Of a stretch of 64,000 nucleotides of DNA, positions 8,009-18,424 are shown one piece after another. The position numbers and the translations under genes are program-made. The notes below the pieces were generated by a model. It made no database searches and was not told the origin of the DNA. It was given only the letters and a program-made list of their open reading frames with translations. Each line of letters opens with the position of its first letter. Within the stretch, counting starts at the first letter, position 1. Location: IMG/VR virus record IMGVR_UViG_3300046660_000488, positions 62,001 through 126,000 of that record. One strand, 5' to 3'.

Positions 8009-10255
8009 TTACGCGCTCACTTGTTCCTTTCTCAGCATGTCAGTAGTTCTTACGTACTCGATGTGATCATTGATCACATTCTCATCTACACGTTGGTAGT
8101 CGTGGTTGCTCGACCGCAGCATGTATTTGAAAAGCGGGTACTTTTCGACGAGAGCCCACCACATTTTGGTGAGCGGCCGTGGGCCGAAAACCTTGTAGAC
8201 TTCGCCGTGGCGCGGCCCGAAATCGTAGAAGCTCAGCATTTTCTGCATGGTCTCGGCCGCGTCGGTGTAGGCTTCCTTCACCGCCATGAACTCTTGCCAG
8301 AACCGGCCGATCTCATGGTCGGGGCCGAACGTCTCGTACAGGCGCTTGAGCGTCTTGGGGTCTTGCCCAGCCGGGGTCGAGTTGATGACCCGCAGCATTT
8401 CGGCGATGGCGATGGCGTCGCCCCAGTTGTTTTCCTTGCAGGACTTCAGGACCAGCGGGTTCACGTGATCCCACAGGTTCCGCCATTCTCCGATGTCAGG
8501 GACGACCTGATACTCGAAGTAAAGCTCCATCTGCTCCGGCGTGATGAACATCACGTTGGCGCGCTGGTTGTTGAAGACGCCGAGGTCGCGCATGGACTCC
8601 AGCGTTTCGCCGACCTTCATCATGGTCAAGGGCTTGCCATCCGGCGACTGCGGAACCCCGGCGATGGCCGGGATGAAGAAGCCACCCTCGCGAAGGTACT
8701 GATCCGACACGTCGGCCAGTTCATTCTTGAAGGCGTTGCGCTGGCGAAGGTAGTAGGACGTCACGTTCGAGGGGTCGCTGTAGCGCCTTGGTCGCCCGGC
8801 TTTGTGGGCGCGCTGCTGGATCGTCGGCGGCGCTTTCTTGGGGCGTGGATCGGCCTTGGGCAGACTGGACGCGGGGAGACATTCGATGCCGCCGATGCGA
8901 GCCTTGAATGCCTCCAGCAAGTCCGGGCGATCTTGCGGCACGCGCAGGACATAGATCGCTTCGTTGCTCGGGGTGCGACCGCGCAGGGTTTCCATACGGC
9001 CCCGCGTGGTTCGGCCGTTCAGGTCGTCGTAGTAGAACCGGTCGGTGAACTTGGCGAAATAGTGCGGCGTCTCGGTATCGCGGTTCTGGCGCCGCATCTT
9101 CCGGCCGCCGGTCTTGGCGTAGCCGAATTCGTAGAGCGAGCAGCCTTCGAGACCGGAGTAGAAGCTGAAGATCAGCTTGTTGTCGGCGATGCGCTTGTCG
9201 CCGATGTGGAAGCCGTTCGGCAGGCAATTGAAGACGACCTTGTAATCCTTCACGTCGGCAACGAACGCGCGCATCGCGTGCTCGGTGGTCATCGACGCAG
9301 CATGGCGCTGAAGGTCTTCGGTCAGCCGGGCCATGATCACCCGCAGACGATCCTCAATCGCGGCGACGGTCCGGCGGTCGTAGGACAGTTCCTCGCGAGA
9401 CGGGGTCATGCTGATCGACCCAATCGGGAAGTCGATCTCGATCATGCTGTCCAGCAGCGAGGCCAATTTCTTGTCGAGCTTGGTGCGGTCCGGCGTCAGG
9501 GGATAGGCGACGATGCCGACAACGGCCTTGGGACGGATGGCGTCCTTGTCGAGGCCCATGCCCGAGTACAGGCGATAGCCGTCCCCGGCCAGAACCACGC
9601 GCCTGCTATCGACCTCGAAATAGGCCGCGCCCGTCACGGTCGGGCACGGGCTGAAATAGCGGAAAACTTGCTCGGCCCGGCGCTGGAATTCGGCGAAATC
9701 GGTCGAGCGGACGGCGACCTTGATTTCGATGCCCGTGGGCTCGTCGGACGGCTCCACAGCCATCAGGGTGACCGAAGGCGCGTCTTCCTCGTCGAAGAAC
9801 ACGGTGTAGGTCCGCTTGCGCTTACGGCGCCAGCAAGTGACAGTGAAGCTGTCGGAATAAGCCAGCGGAGACTTGGAGCCCAGACCGAACGCGCCGACCA
9901 CGTCGTTGTTAAGCGTCTTGGTGCTGGCGAAATATGACGAATACAGGCCGTTGATCGACGGAATCGGAGTGTCGCCGTACCCCCGGTGAGCGAGGCCTTC
10001 GCCGTAATCTCGGACGCAGAAAAACGGTTCGAGGTGGTTGGGCAGGTGGACTTCGATGGGCAGGCTACCCTTGCCCGCCTCAATGTGGGCGTCGTGGGCG
10101 TTGCAGGCGATCTCGCGAACGGTCGCGAGAATCTTTTCCTTGTAGAGATCGGACGACAGGACGCGGAACGCCTTACCCGATGGGGTGATCGTGAACTTGG
10201 TTTCCCGACGAAGGCGATAGCGTTGGATGGGGCGGTCGTCGTAAGCGATCTTCAT
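8009..10255 (-). CDS. rIIA: rIIA-like protein (GHKL ATPase N-terminus)
   Basis: VREIACNAHDAH, VRDYGEG, GAFGLGSKSP, SFTV, EPTGIEI; adjacent to rIIB. Confidence 0.9.
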   Translation of the reverse strand: MKIAYDDRPIQRYRLRRETKFTITPSGKAFRVLSSDLYKEKILATVREIACNAHDAHIEAGKGSLPIEVHLPNHLEPFFCVRDYGEGLAHRGYGDTPIPSINGLYSSYFASTKTLNNDVVGAFGLGSKSPLAYSDSFTVTCWRRKRKRTYTVFFDEEDAPSVTLMAVEPSDEPTGIEIKVAVRSTDFAEFQRRAEQVFRYFSPCPTVTGAAYFEVDSRRVVLAGDGYRLYSGMGLDKDAIRPKAVVGIVAYPLTPDRTKLDKKLASLLDSMIEIDFPIGSISMTPSREELSYDRRTVAAIEDRLRVIMARLTEDLQRHAASMTTEHAMRAFVADVKDYKVVFNCLPNGFHIGDKRIADNKLIFSFYSGLEGCSLYEFGYAKTGGRKMRRQNRDTETPHYFAKFTDRFYYDDLNGRTTRGRMETLRGRTPSNEAIYVLRVPQDRPDLLEAFKARIGGIECLPASSLPKADPRPKKAPPTIQQRAHKAGRPRRYSDPSNVTSYYLRQRNAFKNELADVSDQYLREGGFFIPAIAGVPQSPDGKPLTMMKVGETLESMRDLGVFNNQRANVMFITPEQMELYFEYQVVPDIGEWRNLWDHVNPLVLKSCKENNWGDAIAIAEMLRVINSTPAGQDPKTLKRLYETFGPDHEIGRFWQEFMAVKEAYTDAAETMQKMLSFYDFGPRHGEVYKVFGPRPLTKMWWALVEKYPLFKYMLRSSNHDYQRVDENVINDHIEYVRTTDMLRKEQVSA

Positions 10256-10284
10256 AATGGCTAACCCAAAATCACGAACAGTAT

Positions 10285-10494
10285 TCAGCGAAAATCAGTG
10301 ATGATCTGGCCGGGCTTTGTCGCCACCAAGACCATGTCGTAAATTGGGTAGGACTCAACGATGTCTTGTTTGGCGAAGCATTCGATCCAATCGAGGAAGT
10401 CTACCGTGACGCCTGCACTATCTATGACCGTAATCTGTCCTTCAGTGAAGGACTCATCCGTCTCGTAGACCCGAACAAAATCACCAACTTCCAT
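10285..10494 (-). CDS. Small SH3-like hypothetical protein
   Basis: MEVGDFVRV...GQITVID pattern. Confidence 0.55.
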   Translation of the reverse strand: MEVGDFVRVYETDESFTEGQITVIDSAGVTVDFLDWIECFAKQDIVESYPIYDMVLVATKPGQIITDFR

Positions 10495-10598
10495 ACGCCA
10501 CCGTTACAAATATCGAGGAGCGAAAAGCACCCTGCAAATTAGGTAAACGAAACCCTTCAGGGTGTCAAACCGGTTCGTAAACCAAAATGCCGCACGCC

Positions 10599-10604
10599 TA
10601 AATA
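10599..10604 (+). promoter_or_regulatory. Late promoter TAAATA
   Basis: T4-late-like -10 element 4 nt before the lipase GTG. Confidence 0.6.
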
Positions 10605-10608
10605 ATCC

Positions 10609-11418
10609 GTGCTTTTCAGTCCCCTACCACCCGTCCAAGAACAAATCTCGGTGCTCACCAGTCGGTTGAGCGGGCCGGTTTCTGGCATGATTCCTGCCGA
10701 TTTCGACCTGCTGTTCGTGGAGCTTGCGATCCTCGCATATTTTGACGAACCGCTCGCGCAAAAATGGGCCAAATCCATTGGATTTTTCGATGCTCGCAAG
10801 GTGCACGGAGCCGGTGGCGAAACGCTCGCGACCGTCTTCATGAGCGAGTACGACACGGTCATCGCCATCAAGGGCACGGCCGACGTCTCCACGGTTCTGG
10901 TGGACCTCGACCTTGACCTGACGCGCGATGGCGAACTGCCGGGCAAGGTCCACAACGGCTTCCGGAAGCTGACGACAGAGACGTGGAATAGCATCGCCCC
11001 ACTCGTGGCCAACGACCCCAGCGTCTGGATCGTCGGTCACAGCCTCGGGGGCGCCATCGCGGCCATCGTCGCCATCCGCGCCGCGCGCGGTGACGGCTGC
11101 AACGCCAAGGGCATCGTGACGTTCGGGATGCCGCGCCTCGGAACCCACGCCTACGTGTCGAACCTCGCCACGCCGCACAAGCGATGGGTCCACCATCACG
11201 ACCTCGTGCCGCGCATTCCGGCTAAATGGATTGGATACCAACACTTCGGTAAGGAAGAATACATCGCCAATGGCGAGGTACTTCCGAAGACTATCTGGAA
11301 CCGCCTCAAGCGATTTCTTTCCCGCCTTCTTGATCGTCTGCACCTTGATGGTATTGACGACCACAACATCATCAACTACCGGGCTGCAATAATCCGGGGA
11401 CAAGCACGAAAGAGCTAA
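10609..11418 (+). CDS. Class 3 lipase
   Basis: [34 protein letters not shown]-terminal DH. Confidence 0.9.
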   Translation: MLFSPLPPVQEQISVLTSRLSGPVSGMIPADFDLLFVELAILAYFDEPLAQKWAKSIGFFDARKVHGAGGETLATVFMSEYDTVIAIKGTADVSTVLVDLDLDLTRDGELPGKVHNGFRKLTTETWNSIAPLVANDPSVWIVGHSLGGAIAAIVAIRAARGDGCNAKGIVTFGMPRLGTHAYVSNLATPHKRWVHHHDLVPRIPAKWIGYQHFGKEEYIANGEVLPKTIWNRLKRFLSRLLDRLHLDGIDDHNIINYRAAIIRGQARKS

Positions 11419-11636
11419 TGGCTAAAGACGAAACTATCAAAATCGAGGGTCGCATCCTCGAACTGCTTCCCAACGCCTTCTTCCAAGTCAAACTCAATGA
11501 GGCACACATTATTGTCGCCCATTTGAGCGGCAAAATGCGTAAGAACAACATCCGCTGTCTCGTTGGAGACCGCGTCGATGTTGAAATGACGCCCTACGAT
11601 CTGTCCAAAGGACGGATCGTCTACCGGCACAAATAA
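11418..11636 (+). CDS. infA: Translation initiation factor IF-1
   Basis: [52 protein letters not shown]. Confidence 0.97.
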   Translation: MAKDETIKIEGRILELLPNAFFQVKLNEAHIIVAHLSGKMRKNNIRCLVGDRVDVEMTPYDLSKGRIVYRHK

Positions 11637-12494
11637 TCAGCCAGCGATCCGGCCGAAGTCGATGACCCGGTTCTGGATCATCGGGATGACCGCGTGAGGG
11701 TACGGGATGATCAGGGTACATTGCCCCGAGAATTCCGTGTCCAGCATCGCCATGAGCGTCGTGTACTCCGACAGCGTCCGCATGTTTTCCCGCAGGATCG
11801 CGGCGTCTTCGCCGGTCAGCATCGACGGAACCTCCGTCTTGTCTCCCAGTCGCCCCGACTGGTCCTGACGTAGGGTCGCCCACGATGCCATGATCCCAGA
11901 GATCGCGGCGTTGTAGGACTGACCGCTGTCAGGGAAATTCAGGCTGGGCGCGGTGAAATCCGAGATCACCACCACGTCGCCCTCGCGCGCGCCGCGCAGA
12001 ACGTCGCGAAGCTCATTGAGCTTGGCCATGCGGTGGTTGAGCCCAGCCATGGCGCCGTCGATGTCGCTGGCCACGTTGCGGACCATGATCGCGCGGGGAA
12101 GCTTGATGCCGCTCTCGAACAGGCTGCGGAAGGTCTCCACGGACATCTGGCCCTCGCCGCCGGGGATGAAGGTCGGCTGCGGGATGTCCTCAAGCGGCTC
12201 CGCGCACATCGCCATGATCTCTTCAAACGACATCATGGTCGGCTCGACGCCTTGGTCGTTGCGGGCGTCCTCGCACAGGTTCTCGACCAGTTCGTCGAGG
12301 CTGTAGGGTGGTGTCATCAGATCATGCAGGGTGCGGGCGATCTGGCGAAGCTCGACCATCAGGCCATGAAGCTCCACATCCGGCATCTGGGCCGCCACCG
12401 CATTTTCGTAAGCGTAGGCCGAAAGGAAAGCCGAATCGTAGACCCGACGAACCTCGGGGGTCATCGCGCGATTGTCCAGTTTCGGCACAGGCAA
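11637..12494 (-). CDS. Hypothetical protein (285 aa)
   Basis: Long ORF with good codon bias. Confidence 0.75.
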   Translation of the reverse strand: MPVPKLDNRAMTPEVRRVYDSAFLSAYAYENAVAAQMPDVELHGLMVELRQIARTLHDLMTPPYSLDELVENLCEDARNDQGVEPTMMSFEEIMAMCAEPLEDIPQPTFIPGGEGQMSVETFRSLFESGIKLPRAIMVRNVASDIDGAMAGLNHRMAKLNELRDVLRGAREGDVVVISDFTAPSLNFPDSGQSYNAAISGIMASWATLRQDQSGRLGDKTEVPSMLTGEDAAILRENMRTLSEYTTLMAMLDTEFSGQCTLIIPYPHAVIPMIQNRVIDFGRIAG

Positions 12495-12505
12495 CTCCTA
12501 CGGTC

Positions 12506-12808
12506 TCACTCGACCGTGGTGCTATCACCTTTGCCTATCCTTGTCACCTGCTTTTCGACTTCGTCGGTGTCAGGATCAGGGAAGAGATTGATTTCGATTT
12601 TCGTGACGCCGATCTGCGCGAGTGCTTGTTCGACTTGCTTGGATACAGCATCGAACGTTTCACCGTCTCGGTTCATTAGAATGCGGACCTGACCGCCGAA
12701 GACGGCGACCGTTGAATCGTCGAAGCCAGCGTCGTACAGCAACTCGTCGTACCGGTCGTTGTCCGGCGTCAATCCTTCAAGGATGCAGACTTCAAACTCG
12801 AACATCAC
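12506..12808 (-). CDS. Hypothetical protein, resembles the N-terminal domain of HicB-like/'DNA-binding' antitoxins
   Basis: FEF..ILEG...ELLYDAGFDDSTV...REGETF pattern recognised by eye. Confidence 0.5.
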   Translation of the reverse strand: MMFEFEVCILEGLTPDNDRYDELLYDAGFDDSTVAVFGGQVRILMNRDGETFDAVSKQVEQALAQIGVTKIEINLFPDPDTDEVEKQVTRIGKGDSTTVE

Positions 12809-13137
12809 AGGATCACCGTTCCGTTTCGCAGCATGGTATGGAGGTTCAAGTTGTCACCGTGCTTCATCAGCGCGTGCTGGATTTCGAACACAGCGTCTTC
12901 AGGCGTCAACGCGAACCACTCGCCGCCCTTGCGCTTGTGGGCCAGCGTGCGATGGATCACCTTTTCGAGGGCTCGCACAAGGTCGTTGTTCACAGCCTCC
13001 TTGTGATAGAGAACCAGCGGCGCGGGATGGCCGGTCTGAAGTTGACCAACGCGGCGCTCCGGCGCTTTGCTGAACCCGATCTTCACAAGCTTAGCATCTG
13101 CCCTCTCACAGATGACGTAGATGTATTGTTGACCCAT
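12805..13137 (-). CDS. GIY-YIG superfamily protein (T5orf172/MUG113-like)
   Basis: YIYVI...VKIGFS..PERRVGQLQTGHP, LEKVIH, GGEWF. Confidence 0.85.
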   Translation of the reverse strand: MGQQYIYVICERADAKLVKIGFSKAPERRVGQLQTGHPAPLVLYHKEAVNNDLVRALEKVIHRTLAHKRKGGEWFALTPEDAVFEIQHALMKHGDNLNLHTMLRNGTVIL

Positions 13138-13170
13138 TCTTCCTTTATACAGGAAGTAGAGGTCTCTTTA

Positions 13171-13548
13171 CTATATTTCCAAATTCACCCGAACCAAGCA
13201 CAGTTGCCGGATCGGCTTCTCTTGCTTGGCCAAATGGAAGTTGATGATGTCAGGTTTCTCGAACCACAGCTTGAAGTGAACAGCCTTCACGTGGTCGTCG
13301 ATGCCGATCCTGAAGGACAGCACGCGCTCAAGCTCGCCGAAGCGATCATCCATCCGGTCGCCGATCTTGTAGATGGCCCAGTAATGCTCGATCTTGTGCT
13401 TCAGGAGGAAGGTGAGGGTTTCCGGATAGCCCTGTAGGAACGTGGCCCGCCAGTCCATGGCGTAGCGCTCGGCGTCCGATTCCTCGTAGTCGTCGTCATC
13501 GTTCCTCAGCGACAGGCGGAGGATTTCGATCTCATTGCGCTGGGTCAT
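13171..13548 (-). CDS. Hypothetical protein (FKLxW-motif family)
   Basis: IDDHVKAVHFKLWF motif. Confidence 0.7.
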   Translation of the reverse strand: MTQRNEIEILRLSLRNDDDDYEESDAERYAMDWRATFLQGYPETLTFLLKHKIEHYWAIYKIGDRMDDRFGELERVLSFRIGIDDHVKAVHFKLWFEKPDIINFHLAKQEKPIRQLCLVRVNLEI

Positions 13549-14171
13549 TTTCCTTTGATGCGCGGGATTTCGCGCAGGATCAGGCCATAGTAATCCATGT
13601 AGGCTTTGTACTCCGGCATGGCCTCGATCTCGCGGAGCATGTCTTCAGGCGGCTTGGTCAGCGCAAACTGCGTGACCGCGATGGCGGTGGCCGGGTCCAC
13701 GTCGGGACGCATGGCCCACGCCAGAGCGTACTTGACCCCATCGCGCAGACGCCACGGGTCCTCGACCTCGGTGGCCAGCTTTTCGATGTAGCAGATCATG
13801 TAGTGCATCAGGGCTTGTTCATAGCCCGTTTGCTTGATGACGCGCGGCTCCGCCGTGCCGGTCAGGATGCTCTGAGCCACGTAGGCGGCCGAGCCATCTG
13901 CGGCGGCTTGATAGCGCAGCTTCTGCTCAACGTAGATCGCTTGGGCGAGGCCGGGCGTTGTCGGCTGGAGGCCCAAGTTCTCGTGCATGTCGGTGATCAT
14001 GGCGCGGAACTGCTCGGACGACGCCAGAATCTTCGCCGGGTCGAGTTCGACCGGCTTGATCTTCCGCACGTATTTCTTCGCGCCCTTGCCGACTTTCAAA
14101 CCCACGCTATGCCACCGTTTCTGGTTTACGAGAAACAGCAGCATAGCATCGTTTTGGTTGAAAGCAATCAC
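13545..14171 (-). CDS. Hypothetical protein (208 aa)
   Basis: Overlapping start/stop packing. Confidence 0.7.
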   Translation of the reverse strand: MIAFNQNDAMLLFLVNQKRWHSVGLKVGKGAKKYVRKIKPVELDPAKILASSEQFRAMITDMHENLGLQPTTPGLAQAIYVEQKLRYQAAADGSAAYVAQSILTGTAEPRVIKQTGYEQALMHYMICYIEKLATEVEDPWRLRDGVKYALAWAMRPDVDPATAIAVTQFALTKPPEDMLREIEAMPEYKAYMDYYGLILREIPRIKGK

Positions 14172-15406
14172 TCTTCGCCCAAGCTGGAGTACTTGTAGTC
14201 CCTCCAGTCGAGGCCGCCGATCAGGTCGCGGATACCGTCAACCCGAGCTTGCGTGCCAGCGGTCGGGTGAACCGCCTTGGCGATGGTCGCTCGGATCAGG
14301 TCAGCGGGGTCGGCGCCGCGCTTGATCAGGAACATGTACTGGGCCTCCGGCTGCTTCAGGTTCGCGTTGACGTACTGCGCGAATTCCTTCTGGTCGTCGA
14401 TCCGAATGCTGTCGTACAATTCCTTCACCTGAACAGCGCGCTCTTCCACCGCTGCGGCGAAGTCGGCCGCATAGGCTTCCACGGCCTTGCGGTCGTTCTC
14501 TTCCATGAACGGCTTGACGTCGTCCACGGTGTTGTGCGCGATCATCGCCAGCACGTCTTTCTCGTGCTGGAGGAAGTCCTTGGTCTTGTGAATCTGGCAG
14601 TACCAGAGGCCCTTGACCTTGTACATCCGGCCGTCGTGGAACCGGACGATGTAGCCTTCCATGCCCTGAACGTCGTGGACCTCAGCCATGAACGTCTCGA
14701 TGCTCTCCACGCCGCCGGGCAGGGCGCGCACGACTTCCATGCCCGCTTTCTCGGCGTGCCGCACCATCTTGTCGTACGGCATGTATCCGCCAAACAGGTT
14801 GTCGCGAAGCGCCAGCAAGACCAGACGGTCTTCCGGATAGTCGATGACGATCTTCTGCTTTCGCGAGCACCACTCGAACAGCGGCGTCCAGCCGTGGTTG
14901 ATCATGTTGGCCGCCCATTCCGCGTAATGCGGGTTGGCCTTGATCCACTCGTTGACCGGCTTGGCCACGTCGGTCTCGCCCATCTTCGTGCACCAGACGA
15001 GGCCGTCAGCCTGAGCCGGGCCAGCGCCCGTCCACATCGGGTTGATCATCGACCCGTCCATCTTTTCGAGGACGTGGTGCGGCTCCGACCAGTCGATCAC
15101 GTCGATCTGGCTCTCGGGCTTCTCACCGATGTTGAAGAACTTGGCGAACTTGCGCGCGAGGATGCGGCCGTCCTTGGAGAACGTCAGACCCCGGCATTCA
15201 CGCAGCACCGTGTACTCGCGGTTCAGCGCGGGATCGTCGGTGTTCGGGAACGGGAAAATGCCGTCGAAGCTGATGACGTAATTGAAGATCACGTAATCAC
15301 CACGGTCTGCTTCGATGAACGCGGACGTTCCAGTACGCGCGTTGTGGTTCGCAACAGCCTGACGCACTTCGTCAAGCGTGATGTTCATCGGGAAATGGTA
15401 TCGCAT
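14168..15406 (-). CDS. rnlA: RNA ligase, T4 Rnl1 family
   Basis: RECRG, KFFNIGE, motif I EKMDGSMI, FEW, EGYIV, MYKVK. Confidence 0.93.
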   Translation of the reverse strand: MRYHFPMNITLDEVRQAVANHNARTGTSAFIEADRGDYVIFNYVISFDGIFPFPNTDDPALNREYTVLRECRGLTFSKDGRILARKFAKFFNIGEKPESQIDVIDWSEPHHVLEKMDGSMINPMWTGAGPAQADGLVWCTKMGETDVAKPVNEWIKANPHYAEWAANMINHGWTPLFEWCSRKQKIVIDYPEDRLVLLALRDNLFGGYMPYDKMVRHAEKAGMEVVRALPGGVESIETFMAEVHDVQGMEGYIVRFHDGRMYKVKGLWYCQIHKTKDFLQHEKDVLAMIAHNTVDDVKPFMEENDRKAVEAYAADFAAAVEERAVQVKELYDSIRIDDQKEFAQYVNANLKQPEAQYMFLIKRGADPADLIRATIAKAVHPTAGTQARVDGIRDLIGGLDWRDYKYSSLGEE

Positions 15407-15486
15407 AGTAATCTCCTGTATGGTTAACAGGATGACTACTACGAATATTCAGCGCAATATTTTAGGGTATGGCGTGCTTGCCGTTT

Positions 15487-15741
15487 TCAGCCGCGAAAGT
15501 GAACCACAGCCCACCAGATGATCGGGGTGAGGATTATCGCCTCCAAGATCAGGCTGAACAATGGCAAGTAGAACAGCGCATCCTTGTTGCTCAACCAGAA
15601 CCAATGCACTCGATAGTACTTGGTCTGGAGGTGTTCCATGACCTTGTTCACCGGGACTATCAGCGGCAAGGACAGGATCAGGAGCCCGATCATGATGGGT
15701 GTGACGATTGCCCACCCCAGAGACTTGTGAACGTCGGTCAT
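15487..15741 (-). CDS. Small membrane protein
   Basis: Two hydrophobic segments. Confidence 0.6.
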   Translation of the reverse strand: MTDVHKSLGWAIVTPIMIGLLILSLPLIVPVNKVMEHLQTKYYRVHWFWLSNKDALFYLPLFSLILEAIILTPIIWWAVVHFRG

Positions 15742-15759
15742 GTCGGGCTCCTGAGCCGC

Positions 15760-16353
15760 TTAGGCGGCGATGTCGGCGCGGTTCTTGATGATGCGGTCGA
15801 TGATGCCGAACTCCAGAGCCTGCTGGGGGCTCATGAAGTTGTCGCGTTCCATCGCCTTCTCGATGACTTCCAGCGGCTGGCCGGTGTTCTCGTGGAGCAT
15901 CCGGTGCAGGCGGCGCTGGATGTCCAGCATTTCGTCCATCTGGATTTTCATGTCCAAGGCGATGCCACGGCTACCGCCGCTCGGGTCGTGGATCATGATG
16001 CGCGAGTCCGGCAGGGCGTAGCGCTTGCCCTTCTGGCCAGCGGCCAGCAGCATGGCGCCCATCGAGCAGGCTTGACCCATGCACAGGGTCGCCACGTCCG
16101 GCTTGATGAAGTTCATCGTGTCGCGGATCGCCAGACCAGCGGTGACGACGCCGCCCGGCGAGTTGATGTACATCGTGATGTCATCGTCGCCTTGGCTTTC
16201 GAGGTAAAGCAACTGGGCGACGACGGTGGTGGACATGTTGTCCTCGACCGGACCGTTCAGGAAGACGATCCGGTGACGCAGCAACAGGCTGTAGATGTCG
16301 AACGCACGTTCGCCACGGCCGTCAGCCTCGACCACCATAGGAATGAGAGACAT
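15760..16353 (-). CDS. clpP: ATP-dependent Clp protease proteolytic subunit
   Basis: [17 protein letters not shown], catalytic Ser (ACSMG), His (MIHDP) and Asp (ERDNF) intact. Confidence 0.97.
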   Translation of the reverse strand: MSLIPMVVEADGRGERAFDIYSLLLRHRIVFLNGPVEDNMSTTVVAQLLYLESQGDDDITMYINSPGGVVTAGLAIRDTMNFIKPDVATLCMGQACSMGAMLLAAGQKGKRYALPDSRIMIHDPSGGSRGIALDMKIQMDEMLDIQRRLHRMLHENTGQPLEVIEKAMERDNFMSPQQALEFGIIDRIIKNRADIAA

Positions 16354-16451
16354 GAAATACCTTTCAGAAATACACTTCCGGCCCTGAAATTCAGCGAGCC
16401 GGGTTCAAAGCCCAGTATAGGATGGCGGCCGACTATTTGTCGAAATTGACG

Positions 16452-16748
16452 TCAGCACCATTCAACCTTGACGCCGACGATCTTGGCCAGCGCGAGTAGA
16501 ACGCCTTCGCCGTAGCAATGGCCGCCGTGCGTGCTGGACTCGGCGAGGCGGTTCTTCTCTTCCCATGCGGCGTACGCTTCGTACCGGTTGTCGTCCGACA
16601 GATCACCGTCGTAGACGTCCTCGTCGAAGGGGTTGTTGGCCGAATCCTCGCGGTCGATCCACCAGCAGTCATTGTCGAGCGTGACAATGCAAGTCGGGTT
16701 AGCCCGGATGATGTCTTCCAATGGGGTCAGCTTCGGCTTCTTCGCCAT
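16452..16748 (-). CDS. Hypothetical acidic protein
   Basis: Operon packing. Confidence 0.7.
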   Translation of the reverse strand: MAKKPKLTPLEDIIRANPTCIVTLDNDCWWIDREDSANNPFDEDVYDGDLSDDNRYEAYAAWEEKNRLAESSTHGGHCYGEGVLLALAKIVGVKVEWC

Positions 16749-16917
16749 CTGAAATGCCTTCGTTCAAATCGGTTTGATCAAATCGCGCGCCGTAGCGTCG
16801 CTCGGAGACCGCTTGCAGCGGCCCCCGTGCGGGCTCAGCGACTTTCTTGGCCGGTAGGCGGACAAATAGGCCCACCAGCATCAGGACGCCAATCGAGAGA
16901 CCAGCCAGCGCCAGCAT
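16699..16917 (-). CDS. Possible small membrane-anchored protein (72 aa)
   Basis: ATG overlaps the TAA of the vWA gene (TAATG); N-terminal hydrophobic helix; overlaps the next gene by 50 nt. Confidence 0.4.
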   Translation of the reverse strand: MLALAGLSIGVLMLVGLFVRLPAKKVAEPARGPLQAVSERRYGARFDQTDLNEGISDGEEAEADPIGRHHPG

Positions 16918-18350
16918 TACGCGGCCATCGCCATGTACTGCGACGGCACGTAGCGGTTCTTGCGGTTGGCGATCTCTTCCTTCGAGTCGTAATGGGCCGT
17001 GATGCCGAAATTGGCCTTGGCCTTGGGGTTGTCGTGGACGACGAACAGGGTGTCGCAGTAGCCTTCCTCGCCCCACGAACCGACGTGACCATCGGTGAAC
17101 AGGATGAAGCGGACCGGCTCGATGCCCTTCTCGCGCATGAATTTCCAGTTCGACTCCAAGATCGTGCCACCGCCGCCGGTGATCCGGGTCATCCGGTAAT
17201 CGTCGATCTCGTGGATGTTCTCGCCCGTGAATTCTTGGAACGAACCCTCGTCCACGTGGCCGTCGAAACACCACAGGCGAACGCGGAAATCGCGGAATTC
17301 TTCCATGATCCCCTTCACTTCGGAGAGCATGTCGCGGATCATTTCCGGGCCGACCGAACCGGACACGTCGATGGCGATGCAGATGTCGATGGTATCGACG
17401 AAATTCTGCCCCGGCAGGAGCGCGCCGATGCTATAGGACTTGCGCGAAATCCGCTGGAACGTGAAGTCATCACGGATCGACGAGCGGATGTGCGCGTCGA
17501 GCATGCTCCGCCAGTCGAGCTTCGGGTTGATCAGTTCGTCAACGACCCGCAGGACGTTGCCGGGGACCTTGCCGGGCTTGGTCTGCTGGATCGTCTGGAT
17601 CAGGTCAGAGAGAATGTCCGAGCGGATTTTCTCCAAGTCCTTTTCCGTCAGGACCGGAGGACCGTTCTTGGCCGAGATCGTGATGTCGATTTCGTCGGGC
17701 AGACCGTCGCCATTTCCGTCGCCATCATCATCCCCGTCTTCACCGTCCTCGCCGTTTTCTCCGCCCTTGCCTTTCTGCTTCGGACCTTTTTCCTTGCCCT
17801 TCTCACCACCTTCTCCCTCGTCGTCCTTCTTGCCCTTCTTTTTCTTCGGCTTCGGCGCCGAGGCGTCAAGGTGCTGATCGAGGGGCATGACGATGGTAAG
17901 CTGGTTCTTTTCCTTCAGCTTACGGAGGATTTCGTATAGCTCTTCCGACGACATTTCGTCGGTGTACTTGTCGTTGTACAGGCCAAGCTGCGGCATCCGG
18001 CCGATGTCGGCCTTCTTGAGCGTGTAGTTGACGATGTAGTCGATGGCCATGTTCCACAGGTCCGGATCGCGGTGACCGCGACGGCAGATGTGGTCATAGA
18101 CGCAGTGAAGCACCTCGTGCGCGAGCACGAAGTAAAGCTCTTTCTTCTTGAGGTTCTTGACGAATTCCCGGTTGTAGAAAAGGTGACGGCCATCCGTGGC
18201 CATCGTGCTCAGCCACTCACCAGCCTCGACTTCGTGCAGACGGGAAGCCATGCCACCGAAGAACTGCATTTCGAAGAGCATGTAGACCCGCGCCGCAATA
18301 AGCTTGCGGTAGACGGGGTCGTTCATAGTCGGCTTCGTGCCTTCGGCCAT
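16917..18350 (-). CDS. DUF2201-type metallopeptidase-like + vWA domain protein
   Basis: TMATDGR, LAHEVLH (HExxH), WNMAIDYIVN, Lys/Gly/Asp linker, AIDVSGS MIDAS, GGGT, FTDG. Confidence 0.9.
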   Translation of the reverse strand: MAEGTKPTMNDPVYRKLIAARVYMLFEMQFFGGMASRLHEVEAGEWLSTMATDGRHLFYNREFVKNLKKKELYFVLAHEVLHCVYDHICRRGHRDPDLWNMAIDYIVNYTLKKADIGRMPQLGLYNDKYTDEMSSEELYEILRKLKEKNQLTIVMPLDQHLDASAPKPKKKKGKKDDEGEGGEKGKEKGPKQKGKGGENGEDGEDGDDDGDGNGDGLPDEIDITISAKNGPPVLTEKDLEKIRSDILSDLIQTIQQTKPGKVPGNVLRVVDELINPKLDWRSMLDAHIRSSIRDDFTFQRISRKSYSIGALLPGQNFVDTIDICIAIDVSGSVGPEMIRDMLSEVKGIMEEFRDFRVRLWCFDGHVDEGSFQEFTGENIHEIDDYRMTRITGGGGTILESNWKFMREKGIEPVRFILFTDGHVGSWGEEGYCDTLFVVHDNPKAKANFGITAHYDSKEEIANRKNRYVPSQYMAMAA

Positions 18351-18424
18351 CGGGAGAACCTACGCGGAAAAACTTACAAGTCGAGACCCCGGCCGCAGCC
18401 GGGGTCATAGGTAGTCAGTGACGA

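Noticed and set aside
6160-9937. Long plus-strand ORFs 6160-7929 and 8021-9937
   Set aside because: Antisense shadows of rIIB/rIIA produced by GC-rich codon bias; no motifs. The same applies to 14249-15427, 16518-17939, 18545-19852, 26409-27491, 28795-30222, 31645-32637, 56772-58046 and 58747-60441.
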